A stretch of 64,000 nt of DNA from positions 3,936 through 67,935 of the forward strand of contig JAYSXP010000524.1 of NCBI GenBank assembly GCA_043717125.1. Reading direction: 5' to 3'. Source of the stretch: Polyangiaceae bacterium. GTDB lineage: Bacteria > Myxococcota_A > Polyangia > Polyangiales > Polyangiaceae. The notes beneath the pieces were generated by a model that was given only the letters and a program-made list of their open reading frames with translations, did no database searches and had not been told where the DNA came from. Made by a program: the position numbers and the translations under genes. Every line of letters starts with the position of its first letter. The stretch's first letter is position 1. Below are positions 1-10,376 of this stretch, one piece after another.

Positions 1-1468
1 CGACGAAGCGGAAGCCTTCACCGCGATCGACGAGCTCCTGGTCCTTGCCGCACCGGAGGAGCACACGCGTCGGCCTTCGCGTCGGGTCCTCGAGCATCGT
101 GCGCGGTCGCACACTCGTCGCGCGTGGCACGATGTACCGAAGAGTACTGGCATCGATCTCGAGGCGCGCGTCGTCGAGCAAGCGCCGCACCGTCGCCCGG
201 CCACCTTGGGCCTGGCCCCCCTCGGTGCCCGGCGCGGACACCTCGAGGACTTGCTCGTGCTCTCCGAAGCGAACGACGACGCGACCGATCGACGCAAACG
301 GCGCGCCGCCGCGCGTCACCGTGGTGGCCTCCGAATGCGCGATGCGGGTGATGAGCTCCGTTGCGGCGTCCGCCTCGCCGCTCGTGAGGTCGCGATCCTC
401 CGGCGAGCGCAGGTGAAAGCCCGTGCCCTTGCGCGCGAGCTCGAGCGGCTTCCAACCCGGCTGCTCGAGGCGGAGCTCCTCGATCTCGTCCATGCGGAGC
501 GGCACCAGGTGCTTCTCGACGAGCGTGCCCGGAGTCGCGAGGAACGTCGCGACGACGTCCTTCGGCGCGCATGCGGCGCCGCGCGACGGTGTGCGTCGGA
601 GCACGATGACGTCCGCCGGATGCCCTGGGCATGCCTCGCCGAGCACGAGCTCGGCCGGCGGCTTGGTCGTGTCCTTCGGGGTGAGCTTCAACGTGACGGC
701 GGGGTGCGCGGTGAGCCGATCGATGTCGGCGTCGTTCGGGAAGGCCTCGGCGCGCATCTCCGAGAGCGCGGCCCACAGCTGCTCGACGCCCCTGCGCGAG
801 GCGAGCACTCCGACCTCGGCGACGCGGAGCGACTGGTCGTCGATGCGGTCCAGCGTGAATCCGCCGCCGTCGTGTCTCGCCTCGAACCGCGAGAGCTCGG
901 TCGCGAGGTAAGGAACGACGGTACGATCCCGGTACTTGTCCGCCGGAGCGAGGAGCGCCGCGGTGACCTCCTTCGACACGACGATCGGCGGATCGGTACC
1001 GACGCGCAGGTAGCTCGAGCCCTCGGGCGTCGGGGACGAGCCGCCAAGCATGAAGGCGACGTCGAGGCTACCCATCCACACGTGTCCCACGGCGCGTGGT
1101 GCTTCGAGACCGAGCGCCACGCCCGACCCGACCTTGCGCGCGACGGTCGCGAGCTCGAGCGTCGAGAGCAGGCGCTCGACCGCGACGGCGTCGGCGCGCT
1201 CCTGGCGCGGCGACGTCATGCGCCACTGCCCGTCCTTGCCCTCGCCCTTGGTCTTGTCCGCTGTGGGGCGATCGCGCTCCAGCACGATCGTCTCACCGTC
1301 GTGGGCGATGCTCACCTTCGTGAGCTCGTCGCGACGCCACACCGAAAAAGCGCTATTTTCTCGGCCTTTCCGCTCACTCTCGGTGATGCGATCGCGATCG
1401 AACCAGAGCCAGAGACCGAGGCCCAGCGCGAGGACGACGAGCACGATGGTCGCCGCGTGCTTCTTCAC
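1..1468 (-). CDS. DUF4340 domain-containing protein (3' end runs off the window)
   Basis: Not in ORF track (no stop inside window). Manual translation from GTG at 1468, overlapping the upstream TGA: VKKHAATIVLVVLALGLGLWLWFDRDR...WRMTSPRQERADAVAVERLLSTL. N-terminal TM anchor and a WxMxxP...AD...V..LL motif; last gene of a GldA/F/G-like operon. Confidence 0.75.
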   Translation of the reverse strand, partial: MKKHAATIVLVVLALGLGLWLWFDRDRITESERKGRENSAFSVWRRDELTKVSIAHDGETIVLERDRPTADKTKGEGKDGQWRMTSPRQERADAVAVERLLSTLELATVARKVGSGVALGLEAPRAVGHVWMGSLDVAFMLGGSSPTPEGSSYLRVGTDPPIVVSKEVTAALLAPADKYRDRTVVPYLATELSRFEARHDGGGFTLDRIDDQSLRVAEVGVLASRRGVEQLWAALSEMRAEAFPNDADIDRLTAHPAVTLKLTPKDTTKPPAELVLGEACPGHPADVIVLRRTPSRGAACAPKDVVATFLATPGTLVEKHLVPLRMDEIEELRLEQPGWKPLELARKGTGFHLRSPEDRDLTSGEADAATELITRIAHSEATTVTRGGAPFASIGRVVVRFGEHEQVLEVSAPGTEGGQAQGGRATVRRLLDDARLEIDASTLRYIVPRATSVRPRTMLEDPTRRPTRVLLRCGKDQELVDRGEGFRFV

Positions 1469-3075
1469 CCCGACTTCTTCTTTCCCTTGGCGCGAGCCGG
1501 CTTCTGGCCCTTGTCGGCCTTCACCGATGCGGCGCGGGGTCGGCCCTCACCGGCACGACGGAAGAGCGCAATCGCGATCCCCAGCAGCCCGACGGTCGCC
1601 GGCATGAAGAGCACGACATAGCGACGGATGGTGCTGCGCGACTCGTCGTCGACCCGCATCCCCGCGCCGACGATGGCCTTCTCGGGGACGTCGAGCACCT
1701 GAGGCTTGGCCGCGAGCCACGAGATCGCGCTCTCGGCGAAGAGCGCGCCACCGCGATAGGCCGGGAGCTCGCGAAACGCCTCGCCAGAGAGGACGCTCGC
1801 GGTCCCGACCACCACGACGCGTGGACCGTGAGGCGACGCCGACGAGATCCGCGGTCGCTCGGCACCCATGGCGACGGAGAGCGGCCCCGCGAGATCGCCG
1901 GGGCGCTTCGCGGGCGTGTCCTTCCAGTCCGCGGCGCCCTCGATGCCACGCAGGCCGTAAGCGCTCGCCGACGTACCGAGGAGCTCCGCGGGATTGACCG
2001 CGCCGGGCTCGGTCGCGCGATGCATCGAGCGCGTGAGGCTGACGACGGTGCGCGGGACGTCGCGAGACTCCTTCGTCTTCACGAGCGCGGTCGTCACCGG
2101 GTGCTGGCGCGGCTGCGCCACGAAGCGGAAACCGCCGCTGTCGGGCAGCGCGACGTCGGCCTCCTGCTCGGTGACCACGACGTCGTCGAGCGCGATGCCG
2201 AACGGCCCGAGCACCCGCTCGAGGCCGACGGGGCCGCCGAGCGGGCTCGCGGCAAGCAGCAGGTTCCCACCTTCGAGCAGCCACGTGCGGAGGCGCTCGG
2301 CCTCTTCCTTCGCGAAGGGCGCGTGCAGACCAGCGACCACGGCGACGGCGCAGTCGTCGAGCGGCTTCGCGGCGGTCGCTGGGCCGAGCGCGGCGAGGTC
2401 GACGAGCGCAACGGCGTAGTTGTCCTTGTCGAGGACGTCTTTGAGGACGCCCGCGCCGCGCTCTCCGGTGTCCGCGGGAGAGAGCTCGCCGTGGCCGGTC
2501 GTGAAGCAAATTTTGGTCTTCGCCCCGCCGAGGACACTGCGAATCGCACCGGTGATCGCGCGCTCCTCGCGAGGACGCACCTTGGTCTCGTCGCCCGCGA
2601 CCTCGATCATCTCGCTCGCCGTGACGAACCAGTGGCGGTCACCGCGGGCCACGACGAGGACGGCATCCGCGACGACGTGACCGTCCTCGGTGCGACCGGT
2701 CTCGATCTTGAAGCGCTTGCGCACGTCCTCGAGCGCGACGGTGTCGCGGTCGGGGTCGATGTAGCGGATGTCGAGCTTGGTCGTCTCTCCCTGGTAGGCG
2801 ACGAGCAGCTGCTTGACGCTCTGCTCGAGCGGGTCGGCGGTGCCGAGGAGCACCCAGACCTGCACCGGCTCGGGCAGATCATGAAGCGTCTGGACGGTGG
2901 CCGGCGACAGCGAATAGCGCTTGCTCGCGGTCCAGTCCCAGCGCGTGAAGCGCCGCGCCACGGCCACGTTGAGCAACACGACGACCGCCATCGCCGCGAC
3001 CACGCCCATCAGCTGCGAGAGATGCCCCGGGTCGATCGACGGGAGCCACCGCTTCTTGTCGGATTTGCCGGTCAT
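1465..3075 (-). CDS. GldG-family ABC transporter auxiliary/periplasmic component
   Basis: ATG at 3075 coupled to permease stop (TGATG). RWDWTASKRYSLSPAT, IDPDRD and FTTGHGE motifs; N- and C-terminal TM helices. Confidence 0.85.
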   Translation of the reverse strand: MTGKSDKKRWLPSIDPGHLSQLMGVVAAMAVVVLLNVAVARRFTRWDWTASKRYSLSPATVQTLHDLPEPVQVWVLLGTADPLEQSVKQLLVAYQGETTKLDIRYIDPDRDTVALEDVRKRFKIETGRTEDGHVVADAVLVVARGDRHWFVTASEMIEVAGDETKVRPREERAITGAIRSVLGGAKTKICFTTGHGELSPADTGERGAGVLKDVLDKDNYAVALVDLAALGPATAAKPLDDCAVAVVAGLHAPFAKEEAERLRTWLLEGGNLLLAASPLGGPVGLERVLGPFGIALDDVVVTEQEADVALPDSGGFRFVAQPRQHPVTTALVKTKESRDVPRTVVSLTRSMHRATEPGAVNPAELLGTSASAYGLRGIEGAADWKDTPAKRPGDLAGPLSVAMGAERPRISSASPHGPRVVVVGTASVLSGEAFRELPAYRGGALFAESAISWLAAKPQVLDVPEKAIVGAGMRVDDESRSTIRRYVVLFMPATVGLLGIAIALFRRAGEGRPRAASVKADKGQKPARAKGKKKSG

Positions 3076-3824
3076 CAGCCCCACCTCCACGCGTCGACCG
3101 CGCGAACGGTGACGAAGAGCGGGAGAATCGCGCACGACCCGTAGAACACGATGCGACGCGAGTCGACGATGCCCGACGCGAAGTCGTTCATGTGCGCCCA
3201 CACCGAGACATGCGAGCAGATCGCGTGCATGAGCGTGCCCTCACGCGTGACGAACTCGCCGACGCCGAGGATGAAGAGACCGAGGACGACGAGCGCCGTC
3301 ATGATGAGCGCGAGGAACTGGCTCGTGGTGACGGCGCTCATGAGGAGCCCGAGCGACAGGTAGCCGGCGCCGACGAGGAACACCCCGAAATACGCGGAGG
3401 CGGCCACGCCCCAGTCGACCTCGCCGCTCCGCTGGAGGATGACGAGATAGAAGGCTGTCGGCGCCCACATCGCTACGTACGTCGTGAGGACCGATGCGTA
3501 CTTCGCGAGCACGACGCTCCAGCTCGACACCGGTGCCGTCATGAGCAGCTCGATCGTGCCGCTGCGACGCTCCTCGGCGAAGAGGCGCATCGTCATCGGC
3601 GGGATGAGCAGGAAGAGCACGAGGTAGAGGAGGACCGTGTTGCCGAAGAACGCTTGAATGGGCGTCTGATCGCTGGCGGCAGGGCCCATGCTCGCGAAGT
3701 GATCGACGAGCAAGAAGAAGTGCATGCCCTGCACGAACAGGAACACGGTGATGAGCACCCACGCGAGCGGCGTCACGAAGAAGGCGAAGAGCTCGCGCTT
3801 GTAGATCGGCCAGAAGCTCCTCAC
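3075..3824 (-). CDS. ABC-2 type permease (GldF-like)
   Basis: KRELFAFFVTPLAW and TMRLFAEERRSGTIELLMTAP motifs; about 6 TM segments. Confidence 0.9.
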   Translation of the reverse strand: MRSFWPIYKRELFAFFVTPLAWVLITVFLFVQGMHFFLLVDHFASMGPAASDQTPIQAFFGNTVLLYLVLFLLIPPMTMRLFAEERRSGTIELLMTAPVSSWSVVLAKYASVLTTYVAMWAPTAFYLVILQRSGEVDWGVAASAYFGVFLVGAGYLSLGLLMSAVTTSQFLALIMTALVVLGLFILGVGEFVTREGTLMHAICSHVSVWAHMNDFASGIVDSRRIVFYGSCAILPLFVTVRAVDAWRWG

Positions 3825-4849
3825 GGGGCGGCCTCGGGGTCGGGCGGAGCCTCGGCGTCGAGCGTTGCGGCCTTCGCGCCGCCCGTCAGCTCGGCGAAGA
3901 CCTCCTCGAGCGAGCTGCGGATCGCACGGACCTCGCGCACGAAGCAGCCTGCCGTCACGAGCGCGGCGACCGCCTGCTCGATGGCGCTCGCAATGCCTGC
4001 GTCCTCGAGCTTGTTCTGCCAGGCGCAGCGGAGCTCGTGCGTGTCGGCCGGCTTCGCGGCACCGTCGTCGCGTGTGACCTTCGCGATCCCAGGCACGGCG
4101 CGGACGGCCGCGAGCGCGCGCTCGAGATCACCGCGGACGACGAGGACGAGGCCGGCCGCGCGGCGCTTCCGCGACAGGTCGTCCATCGTGCCCTCGGCGA
4201 CGAGCTTGCCCTTCGCGATGACGACGACGCGACTGCAGCTCGCCTCGACCTCGCTGAGGATGTGCGTCGAGATGAGGACGGTGTGCTCCTTGCCGAGATC
4301 GCGGATGACCTCACGCACCTCGCGGATCTGGTTCGGGTCGAGCCCGGCCGTGGGCTCGTCGAGGATGAGGAGCGGCGGACGTGCGACGAGCGCATCTGCG
4401 AGGCCGACGCGCTGGCGGTAGCCCTTCGACAGGTTGCCGATGAGGACGTTGGCGACATCGTCGACGTTGGTCTTCTGCATCGCGTCGTCGACGAAGCCGG
4501 CGCGATCGCGGCGGGGCACGCGCTTGAGCTCGGCGCGGAACGCGAGGTACTCGGCGACGCGCATCTCCGGATAGAGCGGGACGGCCTCGGGCATGTAGCC
4601 GATCTTCTGGCGGGCCTCGAAGCTCTGCTCGCGGATGTCGTGGCCGGCCACGGTGACCTTGCCGCTCGTCATCCCGAGAAAGCCGGAGAGGATGCGCAGC
4701 GTCGTGCTCTTGCCGGCGCCGTTCGGGCCCAGAAAGCCGACGACCTCGCCCTTGTCGACCTCGAACGACACGTCGTCGACGGCGACACTTCCGGCGCCTC
4801 CGAGAGCGCCGGAGCCGTAGCGCTTGACGAGCTTCTGGACGGAGATCAT
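3821..4849 (-). CDS. ABC transporter ATP-binding protein (GldA-like)
   Basis: Walker A GPNGAGKS, signature LSKGYRQR, Walker B LILDEP, H-loop STH; likely start MISVQKL at 4849. Confidence 0.92.
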   Translation of the reverse strand: MISVQKLVKRYGSGALGGAGSVAVDDVSFEVDKGEVVGFLGPNGAGKSTTLRILSGFLGMTSGKVTVAGHDIREQSFEARQKIGYMPEAVPLYPEMRVAEYLAFRAELKRVPRRDRAGFVDDAMQKTNVDDVANVLIGNLSKGYRQRVGLADALVARPPLLILDEPTAGLDPNQIREVREVIRDLGKEHTVLISTHILSEVEASCSRVVVIAKGKLVAEGTMDDLSRKRRAAGLVLVVRGDLERALAAVRAVPGIAKVTRDDGAAKPADTHELRCAWQNKLEDAGIASAIEQAVAALVTAGCFVREVRAIRSSLEEVFAELTGGAKAATLDAEAPPDPEAAP

Positions 4850-4927
4850 CGTCGGACGACCGGGTTTTACCACGCCCGGCTCGTGAGAAGTTTCCCTCGG
4901 CGCCCGCCGCAGGGCACATTTAGCGCC

Positions 4928-5908
4928 GTGATCGTCCGTGCGCCGTGGTTCGTGGCTGGGTTTCTCCTCGCATCATCTGCGTGCCGCTCGGGCACATCCC
5001 CCGCGCCGGCAGGCTCGGCGGTGGCGCCCGAAGTGAGGACCTACGTACCGCTCGATGCCGCGACGGTCCCGGACGCGCCCCGGACGATCGCCGAGGTGGA
5101 CGCGGGCGCCGACGCCGTCGGTGATCGCGCGGGCGCAGACGCAGGCGCTCCCGAGGGCATGCTGCTCGTCGCCGGCGGGACGTTCACGATGGGCTCGGAG
5201 AGCGGCGGCGAGGGCGACGAGCACCCGGCGCATCTTGTGACGGTCGCGGCGTTCTGGCTGGAGCGCACCGAGGTCACGCAGACCGCGTACGACGCGTGCG
5301 TGGTGGCCAAGGTGTGTCCGCCCCCCGACGCGGCGATCCTCTCGACGTTCGGCGGTCTCTTCAAGGGGTCGAGCAAGCCGGTCGTCGGCGTGTCGTGGTT
5401 TGCCGCGCGCGACTACTGCAAGTGGACGGGCAAACGGCTGCCGCGCGAAGCGGAGTTCGAGCGTGCCGTGCGTGGCTCCGATGGACGACGCTTTCCGTGG
5501 GGCAACGAGGCCCCGACGCACGAGCGCACCGTCTTCGAGACCAACTCGACGGAGGACGTCGCGACGCACCCCACGGGTCGCGGGCCCTACGGGCACGAGG
5601 ACCTCTCCGGCAACGTCTGGGAGTGGATCGAGGATGACTACGATCCGATGGCGTACTCGCGCGCCGGTGTGGCCGAGGGCAAGCCCGGGACGTGCGACGA
5701 GATCACTGCGGCCCAGAACAAGCTGCGTGCGGAGAACAAACAGGGTTTCACGGGCTCGAACCCGATCCCGACGGAGTGCGAAAAATCGATCCGTGGCGGC
5801 GCGTACAACTACCCCGCCGCCGGCCTGCGGAGTACGAACCGCATCCATCATCCACCGAGCTTCAAGCTGCGGATGACGGGACTTCGCTGCGCGAAGGACG
5901 CGGGGTAG
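4928..5908 (+). CDS. SUMF1/FGE-sulfatase (C-type lectin fold) domain protein, probable lipoprotein
   Basis: FTMGS...DEHPAH, TEVT, KRLPREAEFE, RFPWG, DLSGNVWEW, RGG...GLRCA motifs; signal ending LASSAC; GTG start at 4928 inferred. Confidence 0.85.
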   Translation: MIVRAPWFVAGFLLASSACRSGTSPAPAGSAVAPEVRTYVPLDAATVPDAPRTIAEVDAGADAVGDRAGADAGAPEGMLLVAGGTFTMGSESGGEGDEHPAHLVTVAAFWLERTEVTQTAYDACVVAKVCPPPDAAILSTFGGLFKGSSKPVVGVSWFAARDYCKWTGKRLPREAEFERAVRGSDGRRFPWGNEAPTHERTVFETNSTEDVATHPTGRGPYGHEDLSGNVWEWIEDDYDPMAYSRAGVAEGKPGTCDEITAAQNKLRAENKQGFTGSNPIPTECEKSIRGGAYNYPAAGLRSTNRIHHPPSFKLRMTGLRCAKDAG

Positions 5909-5914
5909 CGCTGT

Positions 5915-6622
5915 TCAGCTCGGCAGCATGCTCGCCATGTCGGCTTCGAGCGTGCCCTCGATGTGCTTGATGGTCTTGCCGCGCATGCGCGCCTTGGTCG
6001 CGCCGTACGCCATCCTCGAGAGCCCGCCGAGACGCGCCGCCTCTTCCATTGCTTTGGCGAGGACGTCTCCGGCGGGGACGACTGCATCGAGGTAGCCGGC
6101 ATGCGAGGCCGACTCGGGATCGTAGATCTTGCTCTCGAGCGTCGCGCGTCCGAGCTCGGTCGTCACGATGCGATCACGCGCGAGCTCCATCGCGAGGACG
6201 GGCACCGGCAGGCCGATCGAGACCTCGTTCAGGCCGATCCGGAACGCGCCCGAAGCGCCGATGCGAACGTCTCCGGTGAGGAGTACGAGCGCGCCGCCCG
6301 CGAGCGCGTGCCCGGTGCATGCGATGACGAGCGGGATCGGCAGTCCGTAGAGCTTCATGAGCAGATCGGACCCGCGACGCAGCAGCGCCTTCGCGTGGTC
6401 GGGGCCGCTCATCATCACCTTCAGGTCGAAGCCGGCGCAGAAGCGATCGGCGCGCCCGACGAGCACCATCGCGTTCGCCTCCTTGTCGGCGCGTACGAGG
6501 GACGCGAGGAGCGCGTCGATCATCGCCACGGAAAGCGCGTTGGCCTTGCCGTCGTCCATGCGGACGACAGCGGTGGTTCCTTCGAGGGTGAAGCTGAGGG
6601 GTTCGGTGCTCACGGCGAGCAC
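5915..6622 (-). CDS. crotonase/enoyl-CoA hydratase family protein
   Basis: MDDGKANALS, FCAGFDL, GHALAGG and IGLNEVSIG motifs; true start may be GTG at 6613. Confidence 0.9.
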   Translation of the reverse strand: MLAVSTEPLSFTLEGTTAVVRMDDGKANALSVAMIDALLASLVRADKEANAMVLVGRADRFCAGFDLKVMMSGPDHAKALLRRGSDLLMKLYGLPIPLVIACTGHALAGGALVLLTGDVRIGASGAFRIGLNEVSIGLPVPVLAMELARDRIVTTELGRATLESKIYDPESASHAGYLDAVVPAGDVLAKAMEEAARLGGLSRMAYGATKARMRGKTIKHIEGTLEADMASMLPS

Positions 6623-6633
6623 GTTAGTCGAGA

Positions 6634-9279
6634 TCAGCTTTCGCGCCGAGGACGCTGCGTCGACGCCTTACGGCTGAGCGACCTGGCGAGACGGAAGCCG
6701 AGACCGCTGCCGCGCGTCAGCGCGTACCAGCCTCCGCGCGACGCGGAGCGCGCCCACTTGTGATCCTGGCTCCAGCTGCCGGAGCGGATCTCCCGCCACG
6801 ACGACTCCGCGCGCTCGGCGCTCTCCGCGGGCTCCGGCTCGGCGTCGAGCTCGGCGGCGGCCTTCTGTCCGACGATGTCACCGACCCACTCGCGCATCCC
6901 GCCCGCCATGTCACGTACGCCATACGGAGATTCGTCCGTCGGGAACGTGCCGACGGGCTCGGGCTGCTGCGCGAACGGCCGTGAGTCGCGCATCTTGCAG
7001 AACGTCGGGTCGAAGCGATCGCCCCACGGGTACGCCCTCCCGTCGACGCCCCGCGCGGCCTTTTCCCATTCGAGCTCCGTGGCGAGCCGGATCGGCGCGC
7101 CGGTACGCTTCGCCATCCAGCGGCAAAAGGCGCGTGCGTCGAACCAGTCGATGAACGACACGGGGACGTCCCAGTCGGACTCCCGCGGAAACATCTTGCG
7201 AGCCTCGCCTTCGACGAGCTGCTCGTACGGCATCCACCCGTTCGGCCCGAGGATGGCGCACATCCCCTCGGAGCCGCGCATGTCGGAGGGGGCGCGCTTG
7301 CGCACGAGAGCGGCGTCGCTCTTCTCGAGGTCGTCGAGAAACATGCAGTATTCACGGAATGTCACGGGCAGCTTCGCGATCGCGAAGTCGGCGATGTACG
7401 GCTCTTGCCGCGGGAGGACGTTGTACGCGTCGGAGTCGCCACCGATGATCGCGGTCCCGCCGGGGACGTACACGAAGGCCGGACCGATCTCCTCCTCCGT
7501 GTAGAGATTCAGCTCGCCCTTGTGCGATTCACCACGCCCTACGAGCACCGGGTAACGGATGTCGCGGTAGCCTGCGCTCTTCACGACGAGCTGGTAGCTC
7601 CCGGGCTCGAGCCGGACGTCCTCGATCGGGGTACGGCCCAGGTACCGCTCCTCGGAAGGGACGAGCACGCGTTCGTTCTCGTGGTAGCGCTGCGCGACGA
7701 CGTGCGCTCCGCTCGGATTCGTGCGCAGCGAGAGGCGGGCGTCCGCGCGCAGGAGCGCCGTGAAGGGGCCTCGATCGTGCTCCATCACGAGCGCCTCGTA
7801 ATAGACCTGCTGCGCGGCAGCTCGCTCCGTCTCGGCGGCGCGTGCGCGCGACCAGTAGAGCTGCGAGAGACCTGCGTGGGCCTCCTCGGAGTCCGCGTCG
7901 TAGCCGAGCGCCTTCGTGTAGAGCTCGATCGCCTCGGCGAGGACGAGCGCGGCGTCCTTCTCGGCGCGGACGGCCGCGTCCTCACGCTGCCAGCCGGGGC
8001 GCTTCTTGTCGATGGGCTCCCACCCGACGATGGGCTCGAGGAGCACCTCTGCTTCCTTCTTCAGACGCTCGCGATCCTCCTCGAGCGTCTCGAAACGCGC
8101 GACGATCTCCTGCGCGCGCAGGCAGAGCGTCCTCGCTTCCTCGCGGCGACGCTCGCGCTCCTTCGCGCCCTCGAGGAACTCCTCGATTTGCCGGGCGACG
8201 TCGTCGCACGACGGCGGTCGATCCTTCGGGTCCTTCGCGAGCATCTGGAGGCAGAGGTCTTCGAGGAGGAGCGGCGTCCCTGGGGCGAGCTCGCGCGGAG
8301 GACGCGGCTCCTTCGTGCACGTGGCGAGCATGATCTCGGGCGCGATCCGCCCGTCGAACGGCGCGACGCCTGCGAGCATCTCGTACATGACGACGCCGAG
8401 CGCGAAGAGATCGATCCGATGGTCGACGCTGTTCCAGTCGCCGCGAAGGACCTCGGGCGCCATGTAGCCGAGCGTGCCGGCCGGGCTCGACAGACCGGGG
8501 GGCGGCGTGGAGCCCTCGCCATGGATCTGGAGGGTGCTCTTCGCGTCGACGCGCGCGATGCCCCAATCGGCGAGATAAACCTCGCCGAAGTCACCGAGCA
8601 AGATGTTCTCCGGCTTCACGTCGCGATGGATCACGCCACGCGAGTGGGCATACGCGAGCGCGCGCGTGACCTGGAGGAACGCGCCAAGGAGGCGCACCAT
8701 CGTCCAGTTCTGGCGGAGCGCAGGGCTCGCGAGGAGATCGCGCAGCGTACGTTGCTTGACGACGCGCATCGTGTAGTAGGGCTGCCCGTCCTCGGCAGCG
8801 CCGAGGTCGTAGACAGGAATGATGTTCGGGTGCTCGAGCTGCCCGGTGATGCGAGCCTCCTCGACGAAGCGCGAGCTCGCGACCCAGTCGCAAGACTTGT
8901 GGCGCTGGAGCGTCTTCAGCGCGACGACGCGCCGGATCTCGCGATCGAGCGCGGCGACGACGTCGCCGGCGCCGCCCGACCCGAGCGTCTCGCGGAGCGT
9001 GTAACGCGGGCCGGCGATGCGCCCCGGCATTGCCTCGAGCGGGTCACTGGGAGGCGGGAGCGATGCGTCGAAGTCGCTCGCTTGCGTATCCAGCGACGCT
9101 CGCTCGCTCGACAGCGTGTTCAGCTTCTCGGTGTCGAGGATGCGCAGGAAGATGTCGTGCGCGTCGGCGTTGTTCCCCTGCACCGCCCATCGACAGGCGA
9201 CCGCCCAGACGTCTTGCGGTTTGATCCAGCCGCGCGCGGCGGCCTCCATTGCGATCGCGTGGACGTCCCGGATCTTCAT
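6634..9279 (-). CDS. Ser/Thr protein kinase fused to PEGA-like and FGE/SUMF1 domains
   Basis: GSGGAG, VALK, HRDVKPEN, DWG, GTLGYMAPE; TNPSGA...GRTPI (PEGA-like); WEKAARG..GRAYPWG, DMAGGMREW, GFRL (FGE); start MKIRDV at 9279. Confidence 0.9.
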   Translation of the reverse strand: MKIRDVHAIAMEAAARGWIKPQDVWAVACRWAVQGNNADAHDIFLRILDTEKLNTLSSERASLDTQASDFDASLPPPSDPLEAMPGRIAGPRYTLRETLGSGGAGDVVAALDREIRRVVALKTLQRHKSCDWVASSRFVEEARITGQLEHPNIIPVYDLGAAEDGQPYYTMRVVKQRTLRDLLASPALRQNWTMVRLLGAFLQVTRALAYAHSRGVIHRDVKPENILLGDFGEVYLADWGIARVDAKSTLQIHGEGSTPPPGLSSPAGTLGYMAPEVLRGDWNSVDHRIDLFALGVVMYEMLAGVAPFDGRIAPEIMLATCTKEPRPPRELAPGTPLLLEDLCLQMLAKDPKDRPPSCDDVARQIEEFLEGAKERERRREEARTLCLRAQEIVARFETLEEDRERLKKEAEVLLEPIVGWEPIDKKRPGWQREDAAVRAEKDAALVLAEAIELYTKALGYDADSEEAHAGLSQLYWSRARAAETERAAAQQVYYEALVMEHDRGPFTALLRADARLSLRTNPSGAHVVAQRYHENERVLVPSEERYLGRTPIEDVRLEPGSYQLVVKSAGYRDIRYPVLVGRGESHKGELNLYTEEEIGPAFVYVPGGTAIIGGDSDAYNVLPRQEPYIADFAIAKLPVTFREYCMFLDDLEKSDAALVRKRAPSDMRGSEGMCAILGPNGWMPYEQLVEGEARKMFPRESDWDVPVSFIDWFDARAFCRWMAKRTGAPIRLATELEWEKAARGVDGRAYPWGDRFDPTFCKMRDSRPFAQQPEPVGTFPTDESPYGVRDMAGGMREWVGDIVGQKAAAELDAEPEPAESAERAESSWREIRSGSWSQDHKWARSASRGGWYALTRGSGLGFRLARSLSRKASTQRPRRES

Positions 9280-9358
9280 GATCGCGCTGAGCCTACACAA
9301 AGACGAGCGCCCGCTCCGTGACTACGGGCGGGTGCGGGTCGCGTGGCTGGGGAGCTGG

Positions 9359-9904
9359 CTATTGCGCCGGAGAGATCGAGAGAGCGTCGCCGGTGGCGCA
9401 ATCGAAGCTGATGTCCGCCGAGCAGCTGTTGCGCGACATGTTCGCGAGGAGGACGAGGAAGCCCAGACCGTTGACGTGAACGACCTTGGCCGACTGCGCG
9501 ACGCGCGCATCCCAGGCCTTCGCGAGGCCCGAACAGGCCTGACGAACGGGATTGCCCGGCACGACGGGGTTGCCCGGCACGTGCGACGGGAGGTGGAGCG
9601 TGCGATCGGTGTGCTTGTAGAGCCCGAACGCGTTGCCGGCCGGGCTCGGGGCGATGCGGAGACCGTCGATGGTGGCCGCGTCGATGTTCACGTCGACCAG
9701 GGTGACCGTGTCGGTCTGGGCACCCGTGCATGCGGTCGCGGCGGCGCCGCTGACGCCCGCGCCGCTGACGCCCGCGCCGCCGACGCCCGCGCCGCCGAGC
9801 GCGCCCTTGCCGGTGCCCGTCGTTTCGTCGGTGTTGTCACTGGCCGCAGTGCAGGCGACAAGACCTGCAAACAGCACCGCCACCGGCATGATCCGCTTCA
9901 GCAT
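9359..9904 (-). CDS. hypothetical lipoprotein
   Basis: MLKRIMPVAVLFAGLVAC lipobox-type signal; GAGV(G/S) and PGNPV internal repeats. Confidence 0.6.
   Translation of the reverse strand: MLKRIMPVAVLFAGLVACTAASDNTDETTGTGKGALGGAGVGGAGVSGAGVSGAAATACTGAQTDTVTLVDVNIDAATIDGLRIAPSPAGNAFGLYKHTDRTLHLPSHVPGNPVVPGNPVRQACSGLAKAWDARVAQSAKVVHVNGLGFLVLLANMSRNSCSADISFDCATGDALSISPAQ
9737..9806. repeat. 15-bp tandem coding repeat (GAGVS/GAGVG)
   Basis: Units of gccgc(t/c)gacgcccgc repeated about 3-4 times. Confidence 0.75.
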
Positions 9905-10195
9905 TTGATTGGACGCTCCAAAGTGAGACGCAAGAGAGACTGCCAGTCTCGCACAAGCGCGACCGCGCGCCACTCTTGGGCTTCGAATCGTGGGAGACCT
10001 CGTCACGTCGTCCTCATCAGTCCTACATGCGCGCAGGCGCCGTCCGTTCGCGCGCGCCGGATTACCTCGCGCGACGCAGCGACTGGACGAGGGCGGCGCG
10101 ACGACCGGCGAGGATGTCGGACGGCCGGCCGCCCATCGTCGCCACCGCATATGGAAGCGTACGCAGTCGAGGCCGCGGAGGCGCGGCCGAGCACG

Positions 10196-10318
<123 letters not shown>

Positions 10319-10376
10319 GCGACCTCATCTTCGTATGGCACCGACCTGGAAGCTGAGCTACGACGCGACCCCAGCT

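Noticed and set aside
1-4849. Bacteroidetes-type gliding machinery (gldAFG)
   Set aside because: This ABC + GldG + DUF4340 module is widespread outside gliding Bacteroidetes and no other gld/spr/T9SS genes are present.
4928-9279. Diversity-generating retroelement targeting the FGE/C-type lectin domains
   Set aside because: No reverse transcriptase and no template/variable repeat pair seen in the window.
9930-9946. sigma54 promoter on the minus strand (TGGCA...TTGC) before the 9904 lipoprotein
   Set aside because: Spacing is one base too long for the strict -24/-12 geometry; it overlaps a GAGACTG-C-CAGTCTC palindrome instead.
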